This document shows, one piece after another, positions 1 to 10,173 of a stretch of DNA of 64,000 nucleotides (within the stretch, counting starts at the first letter, position 1; each line of letters begins with the position of its first letter). The DNA is taken from positions 35,072 to 99,071 of the IMG/VR virus record IMGVR_UViG_3300035169_000087; one strand, written 5' to 3'. A program made the position numbers and the translations under genes. The notes below the pieces were generated by a model that was given only the letters and a program-made list of their open reading frames with translations, had not been told where the DNA came from and made no database searches. The DNA comes from a virus.

Positions 1-411
1 CGCCGTCAGCTCGCCGACACACCCACCAGCGAAGCCGCGGTCGCGAAGCTGCGCGAATGGGTGCCCGACTATGAGGCGGGCGCGTCGCACATCGCGATGC
101 CGGTCGCCACCGCCCGCAAACTGCTCGACGTCGTGGACCGCGCCGAGAACGCACGCGACCAGATCGCCGGTCAGCTCGCCGAGGCACGCAACCTGCTGGC
201 CGCGTCGGGCCGCGCGGAAGCGATCGCGACCGCGCTGCGCATGTACGCCGACAAGCTCGACGCCGTTCCCCTGGAGTGCACTGCGCTGACCGGTCCCGTC
301 TGGTACGGGCAGGGCTGGCGTGACGCGGTGAACCACCTGCGGGACCTGACGGACGGGCTGAGGACGGAGCCGGTCGCGGCGCGTGGACCGGACGCCGGGA
401 GCGCCACGTGA
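1..411 (+). CDS. hypothetical phage protein, probably 5'-truncated by the window edge
   Basis: The frame is open from base 1; the stop overlaps the next start (GTGA). Confidence 0.55.
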   Translation, partial: RRQLADTPTSEAAVAKLREWVPDYEAGASHIAMPVATARKLLDVVDRAENARDQIAGQLAEARNLLAASGRAEAIATALRMYADKLDAVPLECTALTGPVWYGQGWRDAVNHLRDLTDGLRTEPVAARGPDAGSAT

Positions 412-1184
412 CCGCGCCCTACTTCGACGACGGCCAGGTGCAGCTGTACCTCGGCGATGTCCGCGAGATCCTGCCGCAACTCGGAATCGCCGCCGATGTG
501 ATCGTCACTGACTGCCCGTACGGCGTCACCAGCCACAAATGGGACCGGTGGGTCGAGAACTGGCCCACCCTGGCCGCGTCCGCCGCCCCCGCCATGTGGG
601 CGTTCGGCACCCTCGGGATGTTCATGGCCCACGCCGCCGAGTTCAAGTCAGCGGGCTGGAAGCTCTCCCACGACGTGGTCGACGTGATCTGGGAGAAGCA
701 CAACCCCTCCGGCCCGGACGCCGACCGGTTCCGGCGCATCCATGAGCAGGCCGGGCTGTTCTACCGCGGCCCGTGGTCCGGGGTGCACCACGAGCCGCAG
801 CGCATCACCACCGGCGTCGTGGAGCGCGGCCGGGTCATCGCGAGCCACAAGGACATCGGACACCGCAGCGCGTACACCGGCAGGGCCGACTGGGAGGACG
901 ACGGCACGCGGCTGCAGGTCTCGGTGATCCGCGCGCGGTCGATGCACCGGATGGGCAATATCGCGCCAACGCAGAAGCCGACGTCCGTGCTGGAGCAGTT
1001 GATCCGGTACAGCTGCCCGCGCGGCGGGATGGTCCTGGACTTGTTCGCGGGTTCGGCCTCGACGCTGGTCGCGGCGCGGGCGTGCGGGCGCCGTGGGGCC
1101 GGCATCGAGGGCGACGAGGCGCAGATCGAGAAGGCCGCGATGCGCCTGTCGCAGGGCGTGCTGGACCTGGGCGGTGCGGCGTGA
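408..1184 (+). CDS. DNA methyltransferase, N6-adenine/N4-cytosine (beta-class motif order)
   Basis: LYLGDVRE start, catalytic motif variant DCPY, PTQKP, SAM-binding VLDLFAGSAST, GIE motif. Confidence 0.85.
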   Translation: MTAPYFDDGQVQLYLGDVREILPQLGIAADVIVTDCPYGVTSHKWDRWVENWPTLAASAAPAMWAFGTLGMFMAHAAEFKSAGWKLSHDVVDVIWEKHNPSGPDADRFRRIHEQAGLFYRGPWSGVHHEPQRITTGVVERGRVIASHKDIGHRSAYTGRADWEDDGTRLQVSVIRARSMHRMGNIAPTQKPTSVLEQLIRYSCPRGGMVLDLFAGSASTLVAARACGRRGAGIEGDEAQIEKAAMRLSQGVLDLGGAA

Positions 1185-1363
1185 CGTACCGCCGCCCGTC
1201 CCCCACCGTCCCGGCCGTGGCCCCACGCCGCCCGGTGTTCGCGCTCAACACCCCGACCGGCCCGTGCGCCCGCTGCCGCCAGCCGCACCACCGCTACGGG
1301 CCCGGCGGGCAGCCGCTGTGCCCCACATGCCGCCCGCCCGCAGCCAAGCCGTCCGCCGCCTGA
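1181..1363 (+). CDS. small Zn-finger-like protein
   Basis: GTGA overlap with the methylase; CARC...CPTC. Confidence 0.5.
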   Translation: MTYRRPSPTVPAVAPRRPVFALNTPTGPCARCRQPHHRYGPGGQPLCPTCRPPAAKPSAA

Positions 1364-1400
1364 TCCACACGCTGTGCACAACGACCGACAGGAGAACCCG

Positions 1401-2126
1401 ATGAACGACACCAGCAAGGCCACCGCCACCCAGGAGCCCGAGTGGATCGACGACGGGCACCAGGTGCGCGTCACCCTCGACTACGCCCAGTTCACCTTCG
1501 CCGTCATCTGCCCGTCAGACGGTGTCGACCTGACCGGCAAGGGCTGGGCCGACCTCCCGGCGTGCCGCCGCGCCGGAGACGACGACGGCAACCCCGACCC
1601 CGGCAAGTCGCCCACCGCGACCTGCGGGCTGGCGATGCTCGCCACGGAGTTCGCGACCGACGAGTTCTTCGACGAGAAGGCGCCCGCGTTCGAGGTGGTC
1701 TCGCCGTTCCCGGTCGAGTACCACTTCGGCTGGGACGGCGACGCGGTGTACGTGCGGCCGAAGACCCAGCCGGAGAGCGACGAGGCTAAGCGCCTGCTGA
1801 TCGCCGATGCGTCCGCGTACCTCGCCGTGATCCACCGGCACGCGAACCGTCACGACGTGCTCGGCGTTGACCTCGGCTGCGCCGGGTGCGCGCTGCTCGA
1901 CCGGATCGAAGCCGAACCCGAGCTGCCGTTCACGCCGGTGGCGCGCGATGACCGGCACTTCTCCCCCGGCTACCGGGGTGAGATCCCGAACCACCTCGGC
2001 CGCGCGGAAACCTGCGTGTTCCCGGAGTGCCGCACCGCACAGAGCCAGCACGAGGCTGTCGCGGACATTCAGGACCTCACGTACGAGCTGTTCGCCGACC
2101 GCGACAGCCGGGACGGGGACGCGTGA
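1401..2126 (+). CDS. hypothetical protein
   Basis: AGGAG RBS before ATG 1401; GC-rich third codon positions; coupled to the next gene. Confidence 0.6.
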   Translation: MNDTSKATATQEPEWIDDGHQVRVTLDYAQFTFAVICPSDGVDLTGKGWADLPACRRAGDDDGNPDPGKSPTATCGLAMLATEFATDEFFDEKAPAFEVVSPFPVEYHFGWDGDAVYVRPKTQPESDEAKRLLIADASAYLAVIHRHANRHDVLGVDLGCAGCALLDRIEAEPELPFTPVARDDRHFSPGYRGEIPNHLGRAETCVFPECRTAQSQHEAVADIQDLTYELFADRDSRDGDA

Positions 2127-2497
2127 TGACGCACACCGCGGCCGTCCCGTGGGCGAACACCCCACGCCCCCGCACCAGCCCGCCGAGCTCCGTCACCCGC
2201 GCCAAGTTCACCGACACCGAACCGGCCGGCGAGAACTGGCGACACCGTGCCGAGTGCGTGAATGAGGACCCTGAGTTGTTCTTCCCGATCGGGAACACCG
2301 GCCCAGCGCTCCTGCAGATCGAAGACGCGAAGGCCGTGTGCCGTCGCTGCGACGTGATCGACCGCTGCCTGACGTGGGCGCTGGAGTCCGGACAGGATCA
2401 CGGCGTCGCGGGAGGCGCGAGCGAGGACGAGCGCCGGACCATGAAGCGCCGGGAGTCCCGCCGCCGCCAGCAAGACGCAAGGCGTGACGCCGCATGA
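2126..2497 (+). CDS. whiB: WhiB-family Fe-S transcription regulator (WhiB1/WblE-like)
   Basis: WRHRAEC...DPELFFPIGNTGPALLQIEDAKAVCRRC...C...GVAGG...ERR, with four Cys. Confidence 0.92.
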   Translation: MTHTAAVPWANTPRPRTSPPSSVTRAKFTDTEPAGENWRHRAECVNEDPELFFPIGNTGPALLQIEDAKAVCRRCDVIDRCLTWALESGQDHGVAGGASEDERRTMKRRESRRRQQDARRDAA

Positions 2498-3000
2498 CCG
2501 CCCCGACGGACGCGCCGGCCGCGACCGACGACCTGCACGGCAAACCCCTGACCGCCCGCGAAGTACAGATCCTGCGGCTACTCGCCGACGGACACACCGA
2601 CCCGAGCATCGCCACCGCGCTGCACCTCTCGCCGAACACCGTCAAAGCCCACATGCGCCGGATCTTCATCAAGCTCGGGGCGCGGTCCCGCGCCAACGCC
2701 GTTTCGCTCGGCTACCTGCAGCGCGTCCTGCTCGTGCCGGGGCCGGTGGCGGTCAAGGCGTTCCCGCGGGTGAGCGAGCAGGCGGTGCTGGTGCGCCGCT
2801 GGGTGTCCACGGGCAAGGCGCAGATCGTGCGGCGGGGCGCGGGTTTGACGCGGGCTCAGGTGGCGGCGGACTGCGGGGTCACCGGGGCGGTGGTCGCGGG
2901 CTGGGAGACCGGTGTGGGGCGGCCGTCGGGTGAGCCGTTGGAGGCGTACTACCGGGCGCTGGTGGCGATGGCTCAGGCCGCGGAAGAGCGGGCCGCGTGA
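2494..3000 (+). CDS. LuxR-type HTH fused to a C-terminal XRE-type HTH
   Basis: LTAREVQILRLLADG...IATALHLSPNTVKAH...KLGARSR, then GLTRAQVAADCGVTGAVVAGWETG. Confidence 0.8.
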   Translation: MTAPTDAPAATDDLHGKPLTAREVQILRLLADGHTDPSIATALHLSPNTVKAHMRRIFIKLGARSRANAVSLGYLQRVLLVPGPVAVKAFPRVSEQAVLVRRWVSTGKAQIVRRGAGLTRAQVAADCGVTGAVVAGWETGVGRPSGEPLEAYYRALVAMAQAAEERAA

Positions 3001-3294
3001 GCGTGGCGGGCGGCAGTCAGGGGGCGCGGAGCTCTCACAGCCCCGTAGAGCCTCTGGCGCGAAGCCACTCAAGCCTGTTTAGGCGTAAGCGAGTCCAGGC
3101 CGCCTACGGCCCGCACAGCCCGCTTCTCGGCGGTCGAAACCGCCATTCGCTCGGTGCAGCCGCAACCCGACAGCCCCGACAAGCCCCAAATGCACACAAT
3201 CCGGAAGGACCCCAGTGACGCAACCCCTCGAAGCCGCCCCCGCCACGCTCGCCGCCGTCCAGATGGGCCACCACGAGACCGACAGGAGCGACCG

Positions 3295-3627
3295 GTGACC
3301 AGCCTCACGCCCGACCTGCTCGCCGCGTGGCCCGCACGCCCCGGCGCACCAGTCCTGATCGCAGACGCGGTCCTGGACGCCGTCCGCCACGGACACATCC
3401 CCCCGCACACCACCCCACCCGAACCGGCCCGCGGGCCACTGACCCCGCGCCAGCACCAGGTCCTCATGCTGCTCATGCGCGGACACACCAAGGCACGGAT
3501 CGGGGCCGAGCTCGGGATCGCCGAGGACACGGTGCGCAACCTGGTGCGGCAGGCGTACGAGCGGCTGGGCGCCCACAACCGGGTGCAGGCCGCGATCGCG
3601 CTCGGGATGCTCGGAGGCGAGCGGTGA
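3295..3627 (+). CDS. LuxR-type HTH protein
   Basis: LTPRQHQVLMLL...IGAELGIAEDTVRN...LGAHNRVQA; AGGAG RBS. Confidence 0.8.
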   Translation: MTSLTPDLLAAWPARPGAPVLIADAVLDAVRHGHIPPHTTPPEPARGPLTPRQHQVLMLLMRGHTKARIGAELGIAEDTVRNLVRQAYERLGAHNRVQAAIALGMLGGER

Positions 3628-4043
3628 CCGGCGACCTGCGCATGCGGATCGCCCGCGCCCTGGCCGACCACGCACAAGCCGACCTCGCACTGGACGCGCA
3701 CCACTACGGCCCCGAGAAGTGGCTGTGCTGCGCCGACGCCGTACTCGCCGCGCTCCCGGACAGCCCCGACGACCTCGACCAGCTCATCCGCGAGCAAGCC
3801 GCCGCAGATCCGCGATTCGCAACCGGCTACATCGAAGCCCAGTACTCGGCGCGCCTGCGTGCCCTCGATGACCTGTTGGCCGCCGTGTGGCTGTTCATCG
3901 ACTGGCGGCACGTCACGGAGCGGCTGACGGCCGAGCAGAGGACGTTGTTCGCCGACGCGGTCGAGGCATCCAGCGCGCGCATCGCGCAGGCCGATCCGAC
4001 GTATGGCGAGCCCGTGATGACGGACCGGTGGTGGCAGCCGTGA
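3624..4043 (+). CDS. hypothetical protein
   Basis: GTGA-coupled ORF with typical codon bias. Confidence 0.55.
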   Translation: MTGDLRMRIARALADHAQADLALDAHHYGPEKWLCCADAVLAALPDSPDDLDQLIREQAAADPRFATGYIEAQYSARLRALDDLLAAVWLFIDWRHVTERLTAEQRTLFADAVEASSARIAQADPTYGEPVMTDRWWQP

Positions 4044-4143
4044 CGTTGCATGTGGCCGCGCGTCTGCTGTGCGCTGTGGCGTCCGGCGTGTTCACCGGGC
4101 AAGTCGCGTGGATGCTCACCGGCGCGGCGAAAGGCGGCCGACC

Positions 4144-4599
4144 TTGAGCGACTACTGGCACGAGCAGCGCTACGACGACGCGTTCTTCGCGATCCACAGC
4201 CGAATGCCCGGCGAGCCCAAGCCCAAGCCGACCCGCATCCTGATCACCGGCAGTCGCGACTACACCAGCGTCCACGCCATGCGCACCGTCCTACGCGCCA
4301 TCCTCGACGAACACGGCCAACACGCCGTCATCGTCCACGGCGACGCACGCGGAGCCGACCGCCTCGCCGCCCAGATCGCCGAAGCCTTCGGCATGAAAAC
4401 CGAGCCGTGGCCGGCCGACTGGGACCGGCGCGGCAAAGCCGCCGGGTTCATCCGCAACCAGGCGATGGTCGACGCAGGCGCGGACCTGTGCCTGGCGTTC
4501 CTCGTCGCAGGACTGCCGTGCAAGGGCACGCGGGACTGTGCTCACCGCGCGGAAAAGGCAGGCATCCCGGTTCGCTGGCACACGCAGGGTGCGCGGTGA
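4144..4599 (+). CDS. SLOG-superfamily protein (DUF2493/YspA-like)
   Basis: ILITGSRDY, VIVHGDARGAD, ADW...GKAAGFIRNQAM, LAF...GT. Confidence 0.82.
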   Translation: MSDYWHEQRYDDAFFAIHSRMPGEPKPKPTRILITGSRDYTSVHAMRTVLRAILDEHGQHAVIVHGDARGADRLAAQIAEAFGMKTEPWPADWDRRGKAAGFIRNQAMVDAGADLCLAFLVAGLPCKGTRDCAHRAEKAGIPVRWHTQGAR

Positions 4600-4723
4600 C
4601 GCGCCGCAAGCGTTGGCGTCCGCCCTGGCCGGTGCAGCTCGCCGGGGTGTTCGCCGCGTGCGCGGCAGCGGCGCTCACGTGGACCGAGGCGCTACGGCTA
4701 CTGGGGATGCGGCGGTGAGCGGG

Positions 4724-4942
4724 TCAGGACTCGGCGCGCTTCGGGGTGCGCACGTACCGCTCGTTCGGTGGGATGCCGTGGTCGCGGGCGATGTTGCGGA
4801 TCGTCGTGTACGTGTACTCGGCGCGTTTGGCCACGTCAGTTGGCCGGTCGCCGCATTGCAGGGCAGCGACGATCTCGGCTTCGAGGTCTCTGCGCGCACG
4901 GTCGAGCCGGGCGCGGGCGCGCTTGATCGGATCGTCGGTCAT
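4724..4942 (-). CDS. small HTH DNA-binding protein (divergent regulator)
   Basis: EIVAALQCGDRPTDVAKRAEYTYTTIRNIAR; transcribed divergently from the 5083 operon. Confidence 0.65.
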   Translation of the reverse strand: MTDDPIKRARARLDRARRDLEAEIVAALQCGDRPTDVAKRAEYTYTTIRNIARDHGIPPNERYVRTPKRAES

Positions 4943-4952
4943 GCAACAGAGG

Positions 4953-5045
4953 GTAGCGCAAGGAAGTGTTGCAAGAAAGGCGTGCGAAGTGGTTGCGATC
5001 AACAGGCCATCCCGCTAGTTTTAGTTGCGCAAGGAAGTTACGCAA
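4953..5045. promoter_or_regulatory. putative operator repeats in a divergent promoter region
   Basis: GCGCAAGGAAGT occurs at 4956-4967 and 5027-5038 in an AT-richer intergenic region. Confidence 0.5.
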
Positions 5046-5082
5046 TGCAACGTCGCTAAGGCGACGCGGAGGGGAACCCGAG

Positions 5083-5448
5083 ATGATCACGCTGAGCCTG
5101 CCGAAGCCCCAGGACCACCTGCCCAAGCAGCCCCACCGCACCACCGGCAAGCCCGGCACCCCCTGGCAGCGCGCAGTCGCCGCCTACCGCAACCGGTCCG
5201 TGCTCACCGCCGCTGGATACCTCGCCTCCATCGGGGCGGACGCCGAGACGATCCGCAGGTTCGCCAGTTCCTTCGGCCGCAAGGTCGCGCAGGCCTACCG
5301 GGCCGCGACCGGCAGCGAGCCGACGCGCAACGGACTGGCGCTCGTGCGCGGCCAGCTGATGCGGGTGTTCGCGTACGGCGACCGCGCCCTGTTGGCTTCC
5401 GTGGCCCGCGACTACCACGCCACCGCCGCACTCGCGGAGGTCGCCTAG
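5083..5448 (+). CDS. hypothetical protein
   Basis: GGAGG RBS, ATG 5083. Confidence 0.6.
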   Translation: MITLSLPKPQDHLPKQPHRTTGKPGTPWQRAVAAYRNRSVLTAAGYLASIGADAETIRRFASSFGRKVAQAYRAATGSEPTRNGLALVRGQLMRVFAYGDRALLASVARDYHATAALAEVA

Positions 5449-5472
5449 ACCAACTTCAACGAGATCGCCGCG

Positions 5473-5808
5473 ATGCCGATGGATCAGCGACGCGAAGCCG
5501 TTGCCGCCATCGACGTGAACGCGCTTCCGGCCGAAGATCAGCAGGCGCTCGTCGCGGCCGTCATGGCTCCCGAACCGCCGAAGCCGCAGCCCGACGCTCT
5601 CCCGCACATTCGCGCCCGCATCCCACTCAAGCGCGGCAACGGCTTCTACCGGCCCACCTACGGCCCGAGCGAGAACGGTTCGCGCACTCTGTGCGGCGCG
5701 CCCGCCGGACTCGACTTCACCTTCGCCGAGGCGCGCAACCTGGGCGAGAAGCCGGTGTGCCCGGCATGCAAGACCATCCGCGCCGCAGCCAAGAACGGAG
5801 CTTCCTGA
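5473..5808 (+). CDS. hypothetical protein with a C-terminal CxxC
   Basis: ORF track; TGATG coupling to the next gene. Confidence 0.5.
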   Translation: MPMDQRREAVAAIDVNALPAEDQQALVAAVMAPEPPKPQPDALPHIRARIPLKRGNGFYRPTYGPSENGSRTLCGAPAGLDFTFAEARNLGEKPVCPACKTIRAAAKNGAS

Positions 5809-6281
5809 TGACCGACCCCACGACGCCCGACCCGCTGCACTTCGACCCGACCGAGTTCTCACACATCGTCGTGGACGGACCCAACGCCGAGGAGACCTGG
5901 ACCACGGCGCAGTGGAACGACTACATCGACCGGTGCAAGGACCCGAAGACCGGCGGCGAAATCATCTTCAAGGTCGTGCGGCTGGTACCCGCCGCGGCCA
6001 CCGAACAGATCACCCTGGACGCGCTCTACGCCGCCGACGGTATCCAGCTCGACTTCGAGGCGCTGCGCCGCTACTTCCACCGCGCCGTGACCTACGCGCT
6101 TCCGCACGCAACCGGAAGCTCCGAGGGCTGGCGCACGGCGAAGGTCGAGCACCTCGCCGAGTGGATGGCGAATTTCCTGACCGCTGGCATCGGTCCGACG
6201 TTGCACGAGGAGGCCGTGGCCGGCGGCGTGAAGGTCGCCCGCCAGTTCCTCGCCGACGAGCGCGCCAAGAACGGAGCCTGA
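5808..6281 (+). CDS. hypothetical protein
   Basis: TGATG overlap, GGAG RBS, codon bias. Confidence 0.6.
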   Translation: MTDPTTPDPLHFDPTEFSHIVVDGPNAEETWTTAQWNDYIDRCKDPKTGGEIIFKVVRLVPAAATEQITLDALYAADGIQLDFEALRRYFHRAVTYALPHATGSSEGWRTAKVEHLAEWMANFLTAGIGPTLHEEAVAGGVKVARQFLADERAKNGA

Positions 6282-6283
6282 CC

Positions 6284-7060
6284 GTGACCACCACTACCGT
6301 CCCGGACCTGATGCTCGCGCATGTCGAGTCGCGCACCCTGAAAGGCGACCGCTCCTACCAACAGGACGCCGCCGACTGGTCGCGGGCTGTGGACCCGGAC
6401 ACAGGCCTGCCGGTGATCGTGGCGGCAGTCGCGGACGGCTGCGGGTCCGGCTCGGGCTCGGGCCGGATCGCACGGGCCGCAGTGAGCCTCGCGGTACAGA
6501 TCGCCGCCTGCTATGGCGCCGAACACCTCGACCGGGCGATCGACGCCGCACGCGAGATCATCGACGCCCGGTTCCCTCGCCGCGGCCGCAACGACAACTC
6601 GACGCTCGTGCTCGCCTACTACGACGCCGCGCGCCTGCGGGTGGCGTGGATCGGGGACTCGCGCGCCTACGCCCTCGCCGCCGACGGGCAGTTGCATCAG
6701 CTGACGAAGGACCACAACCTCGCGCCGCACGCCCCTAACGTGCTCACCCGCGCACTACTCGCGGACGGCAACCACCGGCACGGGGACGCGTGGGAGGGCT
6801 GCGAGTCGCACACCCCGCAGGTCGCCGATCCGCTGCTCGGCCGTCCGTTCGCGCCGCCGCCCGCGCGGATCCTGTTGTGCACGGACGGGGCGTGCGGGCC
6901 ACTGGCGGACGAGGAGATCGCGAGCACCCTGGCGAGCACGTCGGACGCTTCGTCGGCGGCGCGGCGGCTCGCGGCACGCGCCGTGCGTACCGCCAGGGCC
7001 GCGGGCGAGAAGGCGGACAACGCGACCGCGTTCGTCATCGACCTGGGCGGGGTGGACTGA
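6284..7060 (+). CDS. PP2C/PPM-family protein Ser/Thr phosphatase
   Basis: Motifs QQDA, AVADGCG, STLV, WIGDSRAY, LTKDH, LLCTDG and DNATA in the canonical order. Confidence 0.9.
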   Translation: MTTTTVPDLMLAHVESRTLKGDRSYQQDAADWSRAVDPDTGLPVIVAAVADGCGSGSGSGRIARAAVSLAVQIAACYGAEHLDRAIDAAREIIDARFPRRGRNDNSTLVLAYYDAARLRVAWIGDSRAYALAADGQLHQLTKDHNLAPHAPNVLTRALLADGNHRHGDAWEGCESHTPQVADPLLGRPFAPPPARILLCTDGACGPLADEEIASTLASTSDASSAARRLAARAVRTARAAGEKADNATAFVIDLGGVD

Positions 7061-10000
7061 TGCCCGTCTCCCCGCCGCAGTCGCGCTTGTCGCGTCGTGA
7101 GGTTCTGTCGCTGGTCGAGCGCGGCGAGGTGTACCGGTACACGGACCCGCTCTCCCACTGGTCCGCGCCGGGCCGACGCGGTTACCGCGTCATCGTGACC
7201 GCGCATGTGCGTTCGCTGATCGCGGACGGCCTGGTCGTGGAGGGCGTGGCGCGCGGCCAGGTCGTGTACGCCGCCCCGTCCGACACGGGCCGCACCCAGC
7301 TCGCCACCCTCACGGAAGGCTCCCCGTCGTGACGATCTCCGACGTTCAGCATCTCGCGCTCGTCGCCGCAGCCGCCGGCGAGGAATGGCGCGCCGGCCAG
7401 CCGTACATCGGGCGTTTCGCCCGCGGCATGCAGGACGCACAGACCGCGCTGCGCAAGATCCTCGAAGCGCACGCCGAAGACCGCGACGGCCTCGAAACCG
7501 CGCTGCGCGCCTACCTCGCCGAGGGTCCCGCGTTGGACAGCGACGACTACGACCGGGGCGGCGAGTGCGTGCACAGCGACGTCGAGTACGTGCTCGACGG
7601 CGACCGGTACACGATCGCGGACCTGCTCGCCACTATCACCGACACCACGGAAGGCCAGTCATGATCGCGAACACCGAGCCGACGACGCGCGTCCGGTTGG
7701 ACCCGCTGGCCGAGTTCGAGTTGATGCTCGGGCAGCTCGCGGCCGAGGGCTTGTCGATCCCGGCTGCTGAGGCGCTGCGCCTGTTCCGGCTCGCGATGGC
7801 CGCACGCACCTGACCCCCGTGCCGGTCCCGACCCCACGCGGACCGGCACCCGAACACCAACCACCCGCCGCCACAACCAAGGAGGACCGCCCGTGTCCTA
7901 CAGCAACCGCTTCACCGGCGAGATCACCATCACGCCGCCGCTGACCGCCGCAGAGATCCGCCGCGCACCCGACCTCGACCAGGAATGGGACGTGCACCTG
8001 CGGGTCACCGAAACCACCGAACAGACCCCGGATGGCGAGATCACCCGCTACAGCGCGGACGCGATCGTCGGCCCCGACGAGCCATGCAACGGCTACGACG
8101 CGGAAGACCAGATCCGTGGCCTCGTCGCGTTGTTCGCGGACGGGCACGAGTTCTCCGGGCACATCCAGGTGGACTGGGATCCGGGCTTTGGCGACCCGCC
8201 GGACCGGTACGTCGTGCGCGGCCGTGAGGTCGTCAAGGTCAGCCCCGTGATCGTGTGGCCGGACGAGGCGGGCGCGTAATGCCTGACGCCGTTTCCACTT
8301 TCGAGCAGGTCCAGGCGTACGAGGCTGAGCGCGCCGAGATCATGGCCCGCTACACGCCCCGCCTCAAGGCCATGGCGAGCAACGACCCGCTGTACCCGCA
8401 CGTGTGGAACGAGCGCGCCGCAGCCCTCGCCGCGTGCGCCCGCAAACATCGGATGCCCAGCGACGGGAGAGCGTGATGCCCGAGCCCCGCACCCCCGAAG
8501 ACCTGGAACTGCTGTCCGCGCACTCCGGTTTCACCGCGGTCCAGGACGGCATCGAATGGCTCGAGGGCACCGGTTGCATTCCCGAGTCGGCGTCCGCGAT
8601 CCGGTTGCTGGACATGCAGAACGACGCGCGCGGCCGGGAGATCGACCGCGCCAACGCGGTGATCGCCACCGTGCGCGACGAGCTCGCGGACCGGATCCGG
8701 TACGCCGAGGAAATGGTGCGGCTCAGCGAGTCCGTCCCCAACGCGCGGGCCGAGTCGTGGTGGGACGAGCGCCGCCGTACGTTCGCTGACGCGCTCGCGC
8801 TGGTCGAGAAGCAGCTCGCCGTGTTCTACGGGGAAGCGTCCCGCTACTGGGCTGTGTGGTCCGAGGACGAGCGGCTGCTGGAACTGCTGGAGTACGACGA
8901 CCGGCCGCGTACTGAGGCTGAGGCGCGAGCCGACCTGCGTGAGCCCGTCGTGCCGCTCACCGGCCGGCTGGAACTGATCGACCGGGCGCGGCTGACGCAG
9001 CTGCGCGAGACCTTCGAGAGCAACAACAAGGAGCAGTGATGGGCCAGTCCACGAACGCGATGCTGATGTACGGCTACGACCTGGACACCGCCGACGGCTG
9101 GAAGTTCGTCGAAGCCGGGGAGTGGGGGCAACTCGCCGCGCCCTGGTACGACGAGGACAGCGACCTCGAGTCCGTCGAGCAGGCCGTCAAAGTCCTCTAT
9201 GACGCCATTCCCGGTGCGCCCGAAGCCGACGACGACTGGGATCGGCAGGAGGCTGTCAAGGAGCACTACGGCGTGTGGTTCGAAGGCCACTGTTCCGACG
9301 CCTACACCATGTACGCGCTGGTCGCGTTCGAGAACACGGCGCGGCGCGGCTACCCCGAACTGATCGACTGGCGGGAGTTGGAGCAGCGGCGGGAGCGGGA
9401 GGGCTGGGACGCGAAGCTCGCCCGAGCGTTCGAAGTCCTGGGGATCACACCGAAGCAGGAGCGGCCTGGCTGGCTGCTCGCGTCGTATGCGGACTCGATG
9501 TGATGGCCGGGCCGGTGCGCGGCAGCAACCAGGACGGCGGCGCGATCCCCACGGGCGGCCGTATGGACCTTGTTCGCTTGCTGGACGGCGACGACGAGAA
9601 GCTTGTGGGCGACCTCCTCGACTGGCAGTACGCCGCGGTCGCCCGGTTCCTCGCGGAGGCTGGTGCCGTACACCCGAAGGTGCACACGCCGACGCGCATC
9701 ATCAACTACCTCGAACGGCACGGTTGGCGGCGCATCGAGTCGCCGAAGCCGCCGCCGGGGGTGCTGGCGTCCTGGCCGTGGTGGTCGCCGCCGGATCCGG
9801 GCGACATGCGCTGGGCGCATCCGTCCGGCATCGAACTGGACGCGCCCCTGTGTGACGACGTGCCGCGTTACGCGGAGGCCGTGCTGGACGCCGTGGACCG
9901 CATCGTCTGGGCCGCGACCGGGCGGCCGCTCGCGCCACCGCCTGCGGCCGTCACGGAAGTCCTGTTGGAGATCGCGCAGCAGCCGGACGAGGTGGCATGG

Positions 10001-10173
10001 TGACTGATCTGGCCAACTACCGCGCCCTGGCTGCTACTGCGCGCGACGACACCAGCGACGGGCTGACCGCTCGCGAACCGCTGCCGGGTCGCCGAACTGT
10101 GGCGCCTGGTCTGGAGTTCGGCGGTCACTTGCTGGCCGTGAACCGGACGGACGCGCGGGAGGACGAGTGGTGA
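7060..10173 (+). other. run of short, translationally coupled hypothetical CDS (7060-7332, 7329-7664, 7661-7813, 7893-8279, 8279-8476, 8476-9039, 9039-9503, 9503-10003, 10000-10173)
   Basis: Consecutive ORFs joined by TGATG/GTGA/ATGA overlaps, with RBSs; no recognisable motifs. Confidence 0.6.

Noticed and set aside
5788-6277. GCCAAGAACGGAGC repeated at the ends of two adjacent genes
   Set aside because: Only 14 bp and it includes the RBS for the next gene; too weak to call a mobile-element boundary.
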